Below, piece after piece: positions 35,994 through 46,067 of a DNA stretch of 64,000 nucleotides (positions within the stretch are counted from its first letter, which is position 1; each line of letters starts with the position of its first letter). Under the pieces are notes generated by a model. It was not told where the DNA came from and did not search any database. It was given only the letters and a program-made list of their open reading frames with translations. Position numbers and translations under genes: made by a program. This DNA is from Phaeosaccion multiseriatum (Eukaryota; Protista; Ochrophyta, other classes): the NCBI GenBank assembly GCA_965112735.1, contig OZ218958.1, positions 3,224,001 to 3,288,000 on the forward strand, in the 5' to 3' direction.

Positions 35994-38900
35994 TGTGGAG
36001 TAGGCCACTCTTTCATGCCAAATCGGAAACCCGAGGCAATTGTTTAATATATTCTACTCTCGTTCTATCAATAAGGTTTTGACGTCTTATCTCTCCCACC
36101 AAGGAGTGGGGAGTCCACAGACAAAGAGTGTGAGTCACAGTTAGTTAGCGCAAGTTCACCGACGCTACAATAATCGATTATTACTCAGTATTGGTGATAC
36201 CAGAACTGAAGAAAGATTCAAAAAGACCGGAGAGGCCAGGATGGCGGATTCGGCACCAATGGCGCAGTCTGCAGAGGAGCTGCGTGCGCCTCACCTTTCT
36301 GAGGTGGCAACTAAGGACACGGGGGCGTGGCTGGATCGCTTCACGTTGTATGAGCAACAGCATACGGCTCTCACGAGGAATTTGACACCAGAGCAGGCCC
36401 GGCGAAACCCGAAGGCTACGGTGCAATCATGCCTAAAGCGCTCGGTAAGGATTCACATCATTAAGGAGATGTTCAGCGATGATGAGAGGACAGCCTTAGC
36501 GGCCGCCGATTCAGCAACGAATGCAGCAGTGGAAGCCTCTTTCCTGGCAGCGATTAAACGGCTTGCGGGAAGGACAGCGGAGGCCTCACAGCGCAACCCC
36601 GTGGAGCTGCAGGATGCTATAAAGAAGAGCCTAGTCATGTCCATGCTGGACAAGGAAGGTAACCACATCGATGTAGAGGAAAGGGTACAGAATCAGCTCC
36701 TTCCCCTGTATGAGCTACTCGACAAAAGGGGGTTGGAGGCGGAGTTCATTAACCCCGACACCTATGCGTTCTTACCAACGCATGCCGTTCTAGTGTCGGA
36801 AAGCATTCAGGCCGGCCTAAGGCCCAATGAATTCAAACAGCACGTACAGAGCGCGGCAAAGATGAGGGGCTGGGACCAGCTGAAGAAGGATCCGGATGCC
36901 TTTAAACAACTCGTGAAGGAGCAGGCAATCCTTTTCAGGTCTGCAGACCAGTTGATGGCTAAGCAGTCCAAACAGAAGAAAGACGGCAAGCAAAAGGAAG
37001 CCAACAAGGGCGACCAAAAGAACAATGGCAAGAAGAGCGACGGGAAAGATGGAGGCGGCAAGCAGGGCGGTGGCAAAGGCGACGGCAGTAAGGGAGATGG
37101 CAAAGCTGAGGGAAATCGTGACGGAAAGAAAGACAAAGACAAGAAACTCACGCAGGACCCCAACAAGCCAGGCCCATGTGACCACTGCAAGAGGCCCAAC
37201 CACGACAAGAAGCACTGCTGGAAGCTACACCCGGAGCAGAAGCCTGCCAGCCTGTCCCAAGGACACCGGAGAGTTACTTTCGAGGAGGAGCTCACCGAGG
37301 ACGCAGCAGCAGGCGCAGCGGCGGAGGAAGCAGTCAAGAAGGGAGTAGCAGCAAACCAAGACGCAGGTATGCACCAGCTGTTCCTTAGAGATGATGGGAT
37401 GGCGGAGCTCTCTCTCACGGAGGAGGGCCCGGTTGTTAAGGTCCCCATCTTGATTGACAGTGGGTCAAGTACCACCAGCCTTAACCTCCCAGCTTTTCGC
37501 CAACTGCGTCACCATTATGGTACCAAGGCCATGGCGCTTGAGCCCATGCCTAGTTGGGTCCAAATGGATACAGCAAATGGCGCAGCAGAGATGACGGAGA
37601 TGACTCCTCCCCTTACCCTGCGTTTCAGCACACCACAGGGGCCTGTCGAGTTGACGGGGCTCCGCCTGGGTTACGAGAGCAGCGATCAGCCTGCTCCTCT
37701 CGTGATCATAGGACGGCAGACAATCAAGGAGCATTTGCCGGACTTGGACCTGAGCAGCCTCAGCAGCAGTGCGGCCAGCGTCCACAACAATCTACAGCAG
37801 CGACGAGCAGCGGTGGTGGAGCAGGTGCCCCTGTCTGAGGACCTGCCCTACATGTTCATGGAGGAGCACCTGCTGACGGAGGACGAGATCTTGTTTGATT
37901 CAATTCCCCTCTCTTTCTCTTCCTTCGATCAGGAGGACCACAAGGAGAGAGAGCTGGACAAGCGCTACTCTGATTTGGCCAATGTTTTCGAGAACGCCAA
38001 GGCCAACGGCCTCCCCAGTGACCAGCAACGTAAGTACCACGACTGGTTGTGGTCTCATAAGGATCAGTTTCGTTCTGAACTGATAGACGACCCTCCGGCT
38101 GAGGTGGAGCCGATGAAGCCTCGCTGGAAGCCGAATTTTGTGTGCCCCAAAATCCCCTTTCGTCGCATGAAGCCTAACATGAGGGAGTGGCTTGGAGCTT
38201 TCCTGTGCTTGCTGGCAACTTTTGGCCTTGTGTACAAGAACGCTCAGGCTTGCGCAGCATCACCAGCGCTCGTCACCCCTAAGGCTTCGGGAAGCTTTCG
38301 TGCTACGGTGGACTACCGAGTGGTCAACGAAGGACTCCACCCACAGCACTGGCCCATGGAGACCATCATTCCCCAGCTGCAGCAGATACTGTCCAAGGCG
38401 AGGCGCCTTGCAGTAGCGGACATGAACAAGGGCTATTGGCAATTCCCTGTTGACAAGGCAAGTCAGGAGATGTTCACCATCGCCACCCCGGACGGCCTTT
38501 TCACCCCGACGCGAGTCCCTCAAGGCCTGAGCATCAGCGTCGAGTACTACCAGAGCACCATGCAGACAATCCTCGGAGATCTTTTCGGTAAATGCTGTGT
38601 GGTGTGGCTCGATGATGTGCTGATTTGGGGCGAGGACGATGATGACTTGCTGAACAATTTGACTTTGGTTTTCGATCGATTCAAGAAGGCCAAGCTTTTT
38701 TGCAGCGCACCCAAGTTTGTACTGTATGCTTTGGAACAGACTTACTGCGGTGTGACTTGTGGAGAAAATGGCGTGGGGCAGGACCATGCACGCCTTCAGG
38801 GGCTGGTGGATTTGGCTGCCCCCACAGACGGAGGGCAATTGATGCAGTTCCTTGCCTCTCTCAACTGGTACCGCAGCCACCTCCCAGACCTCGCTCGTGT

Positions 38901-41435
38901 CTCTCTCCCTCTCCAGCAGCTTCTCAATCAGACTCTGGACGGACTGGAGGTGCGCAGCAAAGCACGGGCTGCGAAGCGGCCCATCACAGCAGAGGCGTGG
39001 ACGCCCGAGTGTGCAGCGGCGTTTGCAGCGACGAAGGAGCTCTTGTGCTCTGCGGTCACGCTCACGACTCTGAAGGAGGGCTACGCCGTGTGCCTGTACA
39101 CAGATGCATCGCATTTTGGGTGGGGCACCATGATCACGACTTTCCCTAAGGAGCTGTACTCCCCCGGCAAGTCTTTGGAGGACATCCCTCATGAGCCACT
39201 GGCCTTTGGCAGTGGCCTTTTCAGCGGCAGTCAGCTCAACTGGCCTACATTGGACAAGGAAGGGTATCCAGTGGTACAAGCATTTCTGCGGTATGATTAC
39301 CTCCTCTGGGGCCCTGACGTTATTGTCAATACGGACCACGCCAACGTGTGCTACATTTTTGATCCGAAGCAGCATGTTACGGCCCTCAGCAAGGCTACTG
39401 CACAGCGCCTTCAAGGCTGGGCAGTCATCCTCGGCCAATTTCGGTTTCTTTTGCAGCACCTCCCGGGCGAGAAGAATGTGTGGGGAGACATGATCTCCCG
39501 CTTTCTCGCATTGCCTCCAGTGGCAATGCGGCAGCGGCACACTCTCTCCCTCCCTCCCCCCCCTCCCCCTGCGTGTCCCACTCTCGTGTCCCTTGATGCT
39601 CTCAGGTTAAGCCAACAGGAGCATGCCCCACTCTCTCAAAAGGGGGAAGGGGTAGATGGGACTGACAAGATTGTGGAGCCCGTTTCAGATATTGCTCTCG
39701 TGTGGCATGCAGATATGGAGCTCTACAAGACAGCAGCGGGAGAGGTGTGGGTTCCGGCAGCGGACAAGCAGCTTCAGCTACGGTTGTGTACAGAGGCGCA
39801 CGCAGGAGGAGCATGCCATAGGCTCAAGACAGCAACCATGGAGCAGCTGCGTTTGATACATTGGCACGGCAAGGCAGATGACGTCAGCGCTTTCATCAAG
39901 CACTGCCTTCACTGCGTGGACTCTAGGGCAGGTGACAAGATACCCCGCCCCCTTGGTGAGACCCTCCATGGCAGCAAACCTGGAGAGGTGCATCACATGG
40001 ACTGGCTCAGCATTGGAGAGTCGGACTCTGAGTTTGACAAGGGTATGAACAAATACCTCTTTGTGCAGATGGACGACCTCAGCGGCCTTTGCCTACTCAC
40101 GGCTCACCCGAGTGTGCACGCTAATCTGGCAGCACGGGACCTTCTTCTGTTTGCCTCTCAGCATGGCATGCCGAGTATATGGGTGAGTGATCAGCCTACT
40201 CACTTCAAGAATCAGCTCTTGCGGGAGATGGCGGACATTTATAAGGTGAATCATCACTTTTCAGTCGCTAACGTAGCGCACAGCAACGGCACGGTGGAGC
40301 AGCTAATGCGGCAGATCATTGTGGCTTTTCGAGCAGTTCTCTCTGAGCACAAGCTCCCGCCGACGGAGTGGGAGTCAGTCTTGCCCTTGGTCATGTATGG
40401 TCTCAACTCAGCAGTGCGCAAGCGGACTGGCGTGTCTCCATTGGAGATCATCACAGGGCGGAAACCAGAGGCATTGCTTTCAGCGGAGCTTATCAAGCTT
40501 GGAGAGCAGTGGCACGTCGAGCCCATCAGCACGGAGAAGCTTCAAGCCATCTTGGCTGATACGCGGCAAGCTTTGGACCAGATGCACAAGACGGTGGCAG
40601 GCTCTCGTCAGACGCAGCGAGCTGCGGGGCGTAAGTCAGCCTCCAAGGGCAAGTTGCCCAACTTCATGGTCGGAGAGTTTGTTCTGGCAGCTCGTGTACG
40701 CAAGAAAGGACGCATGCACAAGCTCACGGCCACCTGGCGCGGGCCCTACAGAGTGCTTGATGCCTCTCATGCCCACGTCTACCTTATTCAGCACCTCCTC
40801 AGTGGCGAGCGGCTTACGGTACATGCCGAGCGGCTCATGTTCTACCACGACGCCACTTTGGACATCACGACGGAGCTGAAGACCCACATCGAGTCGTCGG
40901 ATAACCTGGCAAGGTATCAGATTGACTCCTTCGTTTCGCTTCGCAAGGAGCAAGGCGAGTATGAGGTGTTCGTTCACTGGCTTGGCTTTGAAGCCGATGA
41001 GCGCACCTGGGAGCCTCTTCATCAGCTTATGGAAGACATGACTGTTGCTACCCTGCAGCGGTTTCTCCGACAGATGAAGCTCTCGACAGCGGTCAAGCGT
41101 GACCTGCTGCACATGCACAAACTGCGTGTGTGAATGTTTTGTGTGAAGTTTTTTCCTTTCAAAAGGTTTTTCTCAATTTGGCTACTCACTCGTTTTGTTC
41201 CTCCTTCTTTTCCCTTTAGCTCAACAGGATAGTTTCCTATCAAGCTTCTAAGGGGGGACTGTGGAGTAGGCCACTCTTTCATGCCAAATCGGAAACCCGA
41301 GGCAATTGTTTAATATATTCTACTCTCGTTCTATCAATAAGGTTTTGACGTCTTATCTCTCCCACCAAGGAGTGGGGAGTCCACAGACAAAGAGTGTGAG
41401 TCACAGTTAGTTAGCGCAAGTTCACCGACGCTACA
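35994..41435 (+). mobile_element. Intact chromodomain Ty3/gypsy LTR retrotransposon C
   Basis: 176-bp LTRs at 35994-36169 and 41260-41435, identical by eye. TSD GGCC. PPT AAGGGGGGAC. Single long ORF. Confidence 0.98.
36241..41133 (+). CDS. gag-pol: Gag-Pol polyprotein of element C, 1630 aa (Gag-PR-RT-RH-IN-chromodomain)
   Basis: CDHCKRPNHDKKHC, LIDSGS, FRATVDYR, TPTRVPQG, WLDD, YTDAS, NTDH, HAGGACH..CLHC, HMDW, SDQPTHF, NGTVE, YQIDSF..VHWLGF..TWEP. Confidence 0.97.
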   Translation: MADSAPMAQSAEELRAPHLSEVATKDTGAWLDRFTLYEQQHTALTRNLTPEQARRNPKATVQSCLKRSVRIHIIKEMFSDDERTALAAADSATNAAVEASFLAAIKRLAGRTAEASQRNPVELQDAIKKSLVMSMLDKEGNHIDVEERVQNQLLPLYELLDKRGLEAEFINPDTYAFLPTHAVLVSESIQAGLRPNEFKQHVQSAAKMRGWDQLKKDPDAFKQLVKEQAILFRSADQLMAKQSKQKKDGKQKEANKGDQKNNGKKSDGKDGGGKQGGGKGDGSKGDGKAEGNRDGKKDKDKKLTQDPNKPGPCDHCKRPNHDKKHCWKLHPEQKPASLSQGHRRVTFEEELTEDAAAGAAAEEAVKKGVAANQDAGMHQLFLRDDGMAELSLTEEGPVVKVPILIDSGSSTTSLNLPAFRQLRHHYGTKAMALEPMPSWVQMDTANGAAEMTEMTPPLTLRFSTPQGPVELTGLRLGYESSDQPAPLVIIGRQTIKEHLPDLDLSSLSSSAASVHNNLQQRRAAVVEQVPLSEDLPYMFMEEHLLTEDEILFDSIPLSFSSFDQEDHKERELDKRYSDLANVFENAKANGLPSDQQRKYHDWLWSHKDQFRSELIDDPPAEVEPMKPRWKPNFVCPKIPFRRMKPNMREWLGAFLCLLATFGLVYKNAQACAASPALVTPKASGSFRATVDYRVVNEGLHPQHWPMETIIPQLQQILSKARRLAVADMNKGYWQFPVDKASQEMFTIATPDGLFTPTRVPQGLSISVEYYQSTMQTILGDLFGKCCVVWLDDVLIWGEDDDDLLNNLTLVFDRFKKAKLFCSAPKFVLYALEQTYCGVTCGENGVGQDHARLQGLVDLAAPTDGGQLMQFLASLNWYRSHLPDLARVSLPLQQLLNQTLDGLEVRSKARAAKRPITAEAWTPECAAAFAATKELLCSAVTLTTLKEGYAVCLYTDASHFGWGTMITTFPKELYSPGKSLEDIPHEPLAFGSGLFSGSQLNWPTLDKEGYPVVQAFLRYDYLLWGPDVIVNTDHANVCYIFDPKQHVTALSKATAQRLQGWAVILGQFRFLLQHLPGEKNVWGDMISRFLALPPVAMRQRHTLSLPPPPPPACPTLVSLDALRLSQQEHAPLSQKGEGVDGTDKIVEPVSDIALVWHADMELYKTAAGEVWVPAADKQLQLRLCTEAHAGGACHRLKTATMEQLRLIHWHGKADDVSAFIKHCLHCVDSRAGDKIPRPLGETLHGSKPGEVHHMDWLSIGESDSEFDKGMNKYLFVQMDDLSGLCLLTAHPSVHANLAARDLLLFASQHGMPSIWVSDQPTHFKNQLLREMADIYKVNHHFSVANVAHSNGTVEQLMRQIIVAFRAVLSEHKLPPTEWESVLPLVMYGLNSAVRKRTGVSPLEIITGRKPEALLSAELIKLGEQWHVEPISTEKLQAILADTRQALDQMHKTVAGSRQTQRAAGRKSASKGKLPNFMVGEFVLAARVRKKGRMHKLTATWRGPYRVLDASHAHVYLIQHLLSGERLTVHAERLMFYHDATLDITTELKTHIESSDNLARYQIDSFVSLRKEQGEYEVFVHWLGFEADERTWEPLHQLMEDMTVATLQRFLRQMKLSTAVKRDLLHMHKLRV

Positions 41436-41448
41436 GGCCCCACACTGG

Positions 41449-42806
41449 GCTGCCCCTCTGGTCGCTGTGCTCAAGCCTTCAGGTGCTGTACGTTTGACTT
41501 GCAACTATACCAAGTTGAACACCCAGACTGTAGTGCCAAAAGTTCCTGTTCCTATCGTCGAGGACCTGTTCGCTTGGATGGTTAATGCCTGTGTTATCTC
41601 GCTTACGGATGTTACTTCGGGGTATTATAACAGCACCATTGAGGAGAGTAGTATTCCATACACTGCTATGTGCACTAGTGATGGATTGTATGAGTGGACC
41701 CGCCTGCCTCAAGGGGTTGCAGCCGGGTGCGGACATTTTCAGCGGTTGATGCGTATTGTGTTACGGGGGGTGACTGCCAGCAAGGCGTATCTTGATGACA
41801 TTATCTGCAAGTCCCGGACTATTGACCAGCACCTTCTTGATCTTTCTGAGCTGTTTTCTCGCCTGTCTGGGCATGGCCTCAAGCTTGCCCCTGCGAAGGT
41901 GACACTTGGCGCGAAGGAAGTCGTTTTTCTTGGTCACATCATCAGCAAGGAAGGCATCAAGACGGACCCGAAGAAGCTTGCTGCCTTACGCCAGATGCCT
42001 GTCCCTACTGATATTGGTAAGCTCCGCAGTTTTATTGGTTTGGCTGGGTACTATCGCCGCTATACGCCCCGCATGACTATGCTTTTGCAGCCCCTGACTG
42101 AATTGACCAAGAAGGGGGTCCCCTTTGAGATGACGCCGGAGCGTGTTTCTTGTATGCGTCAGATCTGTGATGAGTTGGAGAATGCGGTTGCCTTGGCCTA
42201 CCCTGATTTTGAAGCGTCCTTGAGTGGGGAGCGCCCTCTGAAATTGTACACTGATGCGGCTCAGACATGTGGCTTTGGGGCGGTTTTGAGCCAAGATGAT
42301 GCTGAAGGAAAGGAGCGCATTATTGCTTGTGCGAGCCGAGTTTTGGTGGGCAGTGAGAAGAATTGGTCTGTTGGGGATGTGGAACTTGGCGCTCTTTGTT
42401 ATGGGGTCAAAAAGTTCCGCCACTGGCTTTATGGCAGTCATTTTATTGCTTACACTGACCACAAGGCCCTTGCCTACATGGAGAGTCTCCGGGATAAGAG
42501 TGCGCGTGTTCAGCGGATGTTTGAGATGCTTGCCCCCTTCCAGATGAAGATCGTTTATCGCAAGGGCACTCTGCTGGGCAATGCCGACGGATTCTCGCGC
42601 AACGCTTTGCCTGTTTCTGGTCCGGAGGAGGCGCAGATTTTACGAGAGCAAGAGGAGGCCATTGACTCCTACGCCCTTGAATTCGCCACGGTAACGGATT
42701 CCGAAGATAGAAATCTTTCGGGTACTCCTGTTGACCACGCTGCTTTGGTCTTTTCTAACCTTGTGGAACTGTGTGTAGGGGTACTCCTCCCTGCCCCTTC
42801 TCAGGT
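41449..42806 (+). pseudogene. pol: Element A pol, part 3 (RT and RNase H); ends before the integrase
   Basis: DVTSGYY, WTRLPQG, YLDD, FLGH, LRSFIGLAGYYRR, YTDAA, YTDHKAL, NADGFSR. No HHCC or DDE motifs downstream. Confidence 0.92.
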
Positions 42807-44557
42807 GTGTAGCGGTGTAGCGGTATATAAGGAGTCATTGGCTCGCTATAAACCTCGCTATAAACTTTGCTTGTTGGTTGTCTGGGGTGTGTGGTCTGTC
42901 CCACATCTCAGGTGGCTCAGTACTCGACAAGGTGTGACTGTTGTTGGAGCAGTGCACCACCATTGTGTACAGCACGCCTCGTTTCGGCTCTCCGTGGGCC
43001 CCGCGCACCTGGCAGGACAAGTAGCTCGTCGTTGCTCCTCGCTGGCGGGTGGTCGCGGAATGGCTGCTGCTGCTGCTGTCGGTGCTACCGCTACTACTAC
43101 TACCACTGATGTCCGCTTGTTGCAGACGAAGCAGCTGCTGCCGTCGTGCCTCGTTGCAGTACGAGACCTGAGCTTGAGGCTTCTGTTTTATCCGCCTGCA
43201 GCACAGAGAAAGCGCTTGGTCCCGATTGGCAGCGCGGAGCTGCATGACGGCTCTCCTCCAGGTCGATGGCGGTTGTAGTTGTTGTTGTTGTTGCTGCGTC
43301 GAAGTAGGGAGCAACTCTTTCTGCTGCGGCGTCGCCGCCAAGGCCGTCAGCATGTCGTGCTGGTGTTGCTGCTGCTGCTGCTGCTGGAGCTGGTGCCGCT
43401 GGTAGAGTTGCAGGCGCTGCTGCTGCTGCTCCTGCAAGAAGGTTTCCTGGCGCTGGTTGAGCAACGTTTGCTGTTGCACGAGGAGCTGTGGCTGCGGGGT
43501 GGTGGTGGCCACTAGGGACTGAGCATCCCAGACGTGATCTGAAGAGAGAAACGCCATGGCGCTGGCCGTGCTCGTCGTGGGGTAGTCACCGCCCATGCTG
43601 CTGATACTGCTGCTACTGCTACTGCTGCTGGTGGATCGACCGCTCCCATCCGTGGCCAGCGAGAAGTACTCGTCGCTCGCCAGCTCCATAGCGGGTGCCA
43701 CCGTAGTAGGGGGGGCATGGGGAGAAACAGTCGCCCCCACCCCCAGCGTCACCCTCTGTATCACTGCTGCCACTCGAGCTGCCGCAGCTCCTGCCGGCGC
43801 TGTAGCCCCCGCTGCTACCGCCGTCTTCGCTGCCACTGCCACTGCCGCTGCCGCTGCCACTACTGCTGCTGGTCATTCTTCTTCGGCTCCGCTTGCTGCT
43901 GCGGGTGGGGAGGAGGCTGCCGCCCCCGCCCTGCTGCTGCTGCGGCACAGAAGCAGAAGGCGCAGAAGGCGCAGAAGGGGCAGGCCTCTTGTTGGTGCCA
44001 CTGGCAGCAGCTCTGGTGATGCTGTTGCTGCTGCTCCTTAGTCGGTCTTCCATCGGCATGGGATCCAGCGGCAATGCGCCGGGCTTACTTTGCCCGTGGA
44101 TTTGCTCGAGGCCCTGCAGGGCCGAGTTCACCTCCTCCTCCTCCCTTGTCAAGAGGAAGCTCATGTTGCCGCCCTCTAGCTGGTCGCTCAGGAATGCAAA
44201 CTCCATTTTATTCGCTTTATGTATGTCCTGTGTGTCGCTCCTCGAGGTGATGTAGGAAAGAAAAATAAGAAAAATAGATGATGTAAGCACACAAAGCGAA
44301 AAAGCCAGCTGTTTTCTGTTTCTCGCGTACGTCGGTTCCCCCTCATTTTGCTGTGTTAAAAAACGTCACACTTTCATGGGAAGGCAAGCAATTTCATGGG
44401 AAGGCAAGCAACGTTTTTGAAGCTGGCCGCCGGCCGGTAGCAGAGGGCCCTAGACCCGTCCGTCCCCCGGGCCGAGCATCAGCCAGTGTTCATAGACAGC
44501 GCCTCCAGTGTGCGTGTGCGTGTGTGTGTGTTTGTGTGCTGTGTTTCCACCACAGTG

Positions 44558-45738
44558 TCGGCTCCAGACTGGCCTAGAAGCCTAGGCCTAGAGACGAAAT
44601 TCGGCCGGCCTAGGGGGGCCGCAGGCCCCCGGCCTAGGCCTAGAGGGGGCCGCAGGTCCCCGGCCTAGGCCTATTTTTGGCGCAGCCCCCCCGGCCTAGG
44701 CCTATCGACCCTGGACAAGATTACGGTGTGCGCCGGCCGTAACCAGTAATCAGCCCTCGGCCGGCGCAAAATCAGTAATCAGGTCGGCTGGTCACCGGCT
44801 GTAAGCAACCAGACCGGCTGGCGCCGGTCATAATCAGTAATCAGGCCGGCTGCGCCGGCCGTAATCAGAATCAGATGATCTTGTCCAGGGTCGACTCCCT
44901 CCCTCCCTCCCTCCCTCCCTCCCTCCCTCCCTCCCTCCCTCCCTCCCTCCCTCCCTCCCTCCCTCCCTCCCTCCCTCCCTCCCTCCCTCCCTCCCTCCCT
45001 CCCTCCCTCCCTCCCTCCCTCCCTCCCTCCCTCCCTCCCTCCCTCCCTCCCTCCCTCCCTCGCTCGCTCCCTCGCTCCCTCCCTCCCTCCCTCCCTCCCT
45101 CCCTCCCTCCCTCCCTCCCTCCCTCCCTCCCTCCCTCCCTCCCTCCCTCCCTCCCTCCCTCCCTCCCTCCCTCCCTCCCTCCCTCCCTCCCTCCCTCCCT
45201 CCCTCCCTCCCTCCCTCCCTCCCTCCCTCCCTCCCTCCCTCCCTCCCTCCCTCCCTCCCTCCCTCCCTCCCTCCCTCCCTCCCTCCCTCCCTCCCTCCCT
45301 CCCTCCCTCCCTCCCTCCCTCCCTCCCTCCCTCCCTCCCTCCCTCCCTCCCTCCCTCCCTCCCTCCCTCCCTCCCTCCCTCCCTCCCTCCCTCCCTCCCT
45401 CCCTCCCTCCCTCCCTCCCTCCCTCCCTCTCTCCCTCCCTCCCTCCCTCCCTCCCTCCCTCCCTCCCTCCCTCCCTTCGACCCTGGAGAAGATTACGGTG
45501 TGCGCCGACCGTAATCAGTATTCAGCCCCCGGCTGGCGCATTATCAGTACTCAGGCCGGCTGGCGCCGGTCATAATTAGTAATCAGGCCGGCTGCGCCGG
45601 CCGTAATTACTAATCAGATAGGTCGAGGCCTAGGCCTAGAACCGCCGGCCTAGGGAGAAAAAATGGCCGGCCTAGAGCGGGCGTAGGCCGCTCGGCCAAG
45701 GGCCTAGAGCATAGGCTTCTAGGCCAGTCTGGAGCCGA
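44558..45738. mobile_element. Non-autonomous TIR element, copy 2 (carried by the tandem duplication)
   Basis: Same TIRs, ACAGTG TSD and flanks as 22244-23712. The (CCCT)n tract is shorter (44895-45476). Confidence 0.85.
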
Positions 45739-46067
45739 ACAGTGGGGGTATCCTCACGAGCAAGGGGGATGATGAAGACGCCCGACCGTCGCTCCAGAGC
45801 GAATCACATTATTTCCAAATGGTTGATGTTTTCATAGTCCAAGAGGCATGTTCTGTGGCTTGGGAAAGTCCCTCGACAGTTGCGTACAACGGGTTAGCTA
45901 TTCGTCCCAAGGGACCAACCCTGGAACCTGGGTATACATTGAGATTTACCCACACACTTGTGAGAAAAGCACAGCCCCCGTTGCTCTGTACAGTTCGATA
46001 CTATCTCTCCTTGCCTAGCACAGCACTTGTAGGCCAAGAGTTGAGCACACAAAGGAGATGGCGCCCG

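Larger units (their letters stand above)
35696..41444. mobile_element. Solo LTR D (about 303 bp: 35696-35993 plus 41440-41444), nested in the RT of A and split by element C
   Basis: TGTGG...CCACA termini and TSD CTGG (35692-35695 / 41445-41448). Excision restores SDSNW-AAPLVAVLKPSGAVRLTCNY. Confidence 0.88.
25440..42919 (+). mobile_element. Ty3/gypsy LTR retrotransposon A (outer, degenerate; integrase and most of the 3' LTR missing)
   Basis: TG...CA ends and TSD GTAC (25436-25439 / 42920-42923); the empty site is at about 20604 in copy 1. 5' LTR 25440-25649; only 55 bp of the 3' LTR remain (42865-42919). Domain order is gag, PR, RT, RH. Confidence 0.92.
24987..44206 (-). pseudogene. Second copy of the PX-like gene: 3'-truncated, frameshifted and split by the LTR nest
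   Basis: ATG at 44206. A 2-bp deletion in a C run near 43735 shifts the frame. LTR insertion lies inside the PX-like region (TLS|TWADV). The 3' end is lost at the junction 24987. Confidence 0.9.

Noticed and set aside
36192-36203. TGGTGATACCAG as the tRNA PBS of element C
   Set aside because: It is 22 nt from the LTR, too far for a PBS, and I cannot match it to a tRNA 3' end.
30005-41133. Retron, DGR, group II intron or endogenous retrovirus
   Set aside because: All RTs are in PR-RT-RH(-IN) gypsy order between LTRs. There is no env and no template/variable repeat pair.
41467-43278. 603-aa ORF as a novel RT-host fusion protein
   Set aside because: The RT/RH of A runs through the deletion scar and LTR remnant into the antisense strand of the PX-like pseudogene. 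Its start is created by the D/C insertion.
44558-45738. Independent second transposition of the TIR element
   Set aside because: Same TSD and flanks as copy 1, so it was copied by the tandem duplication.
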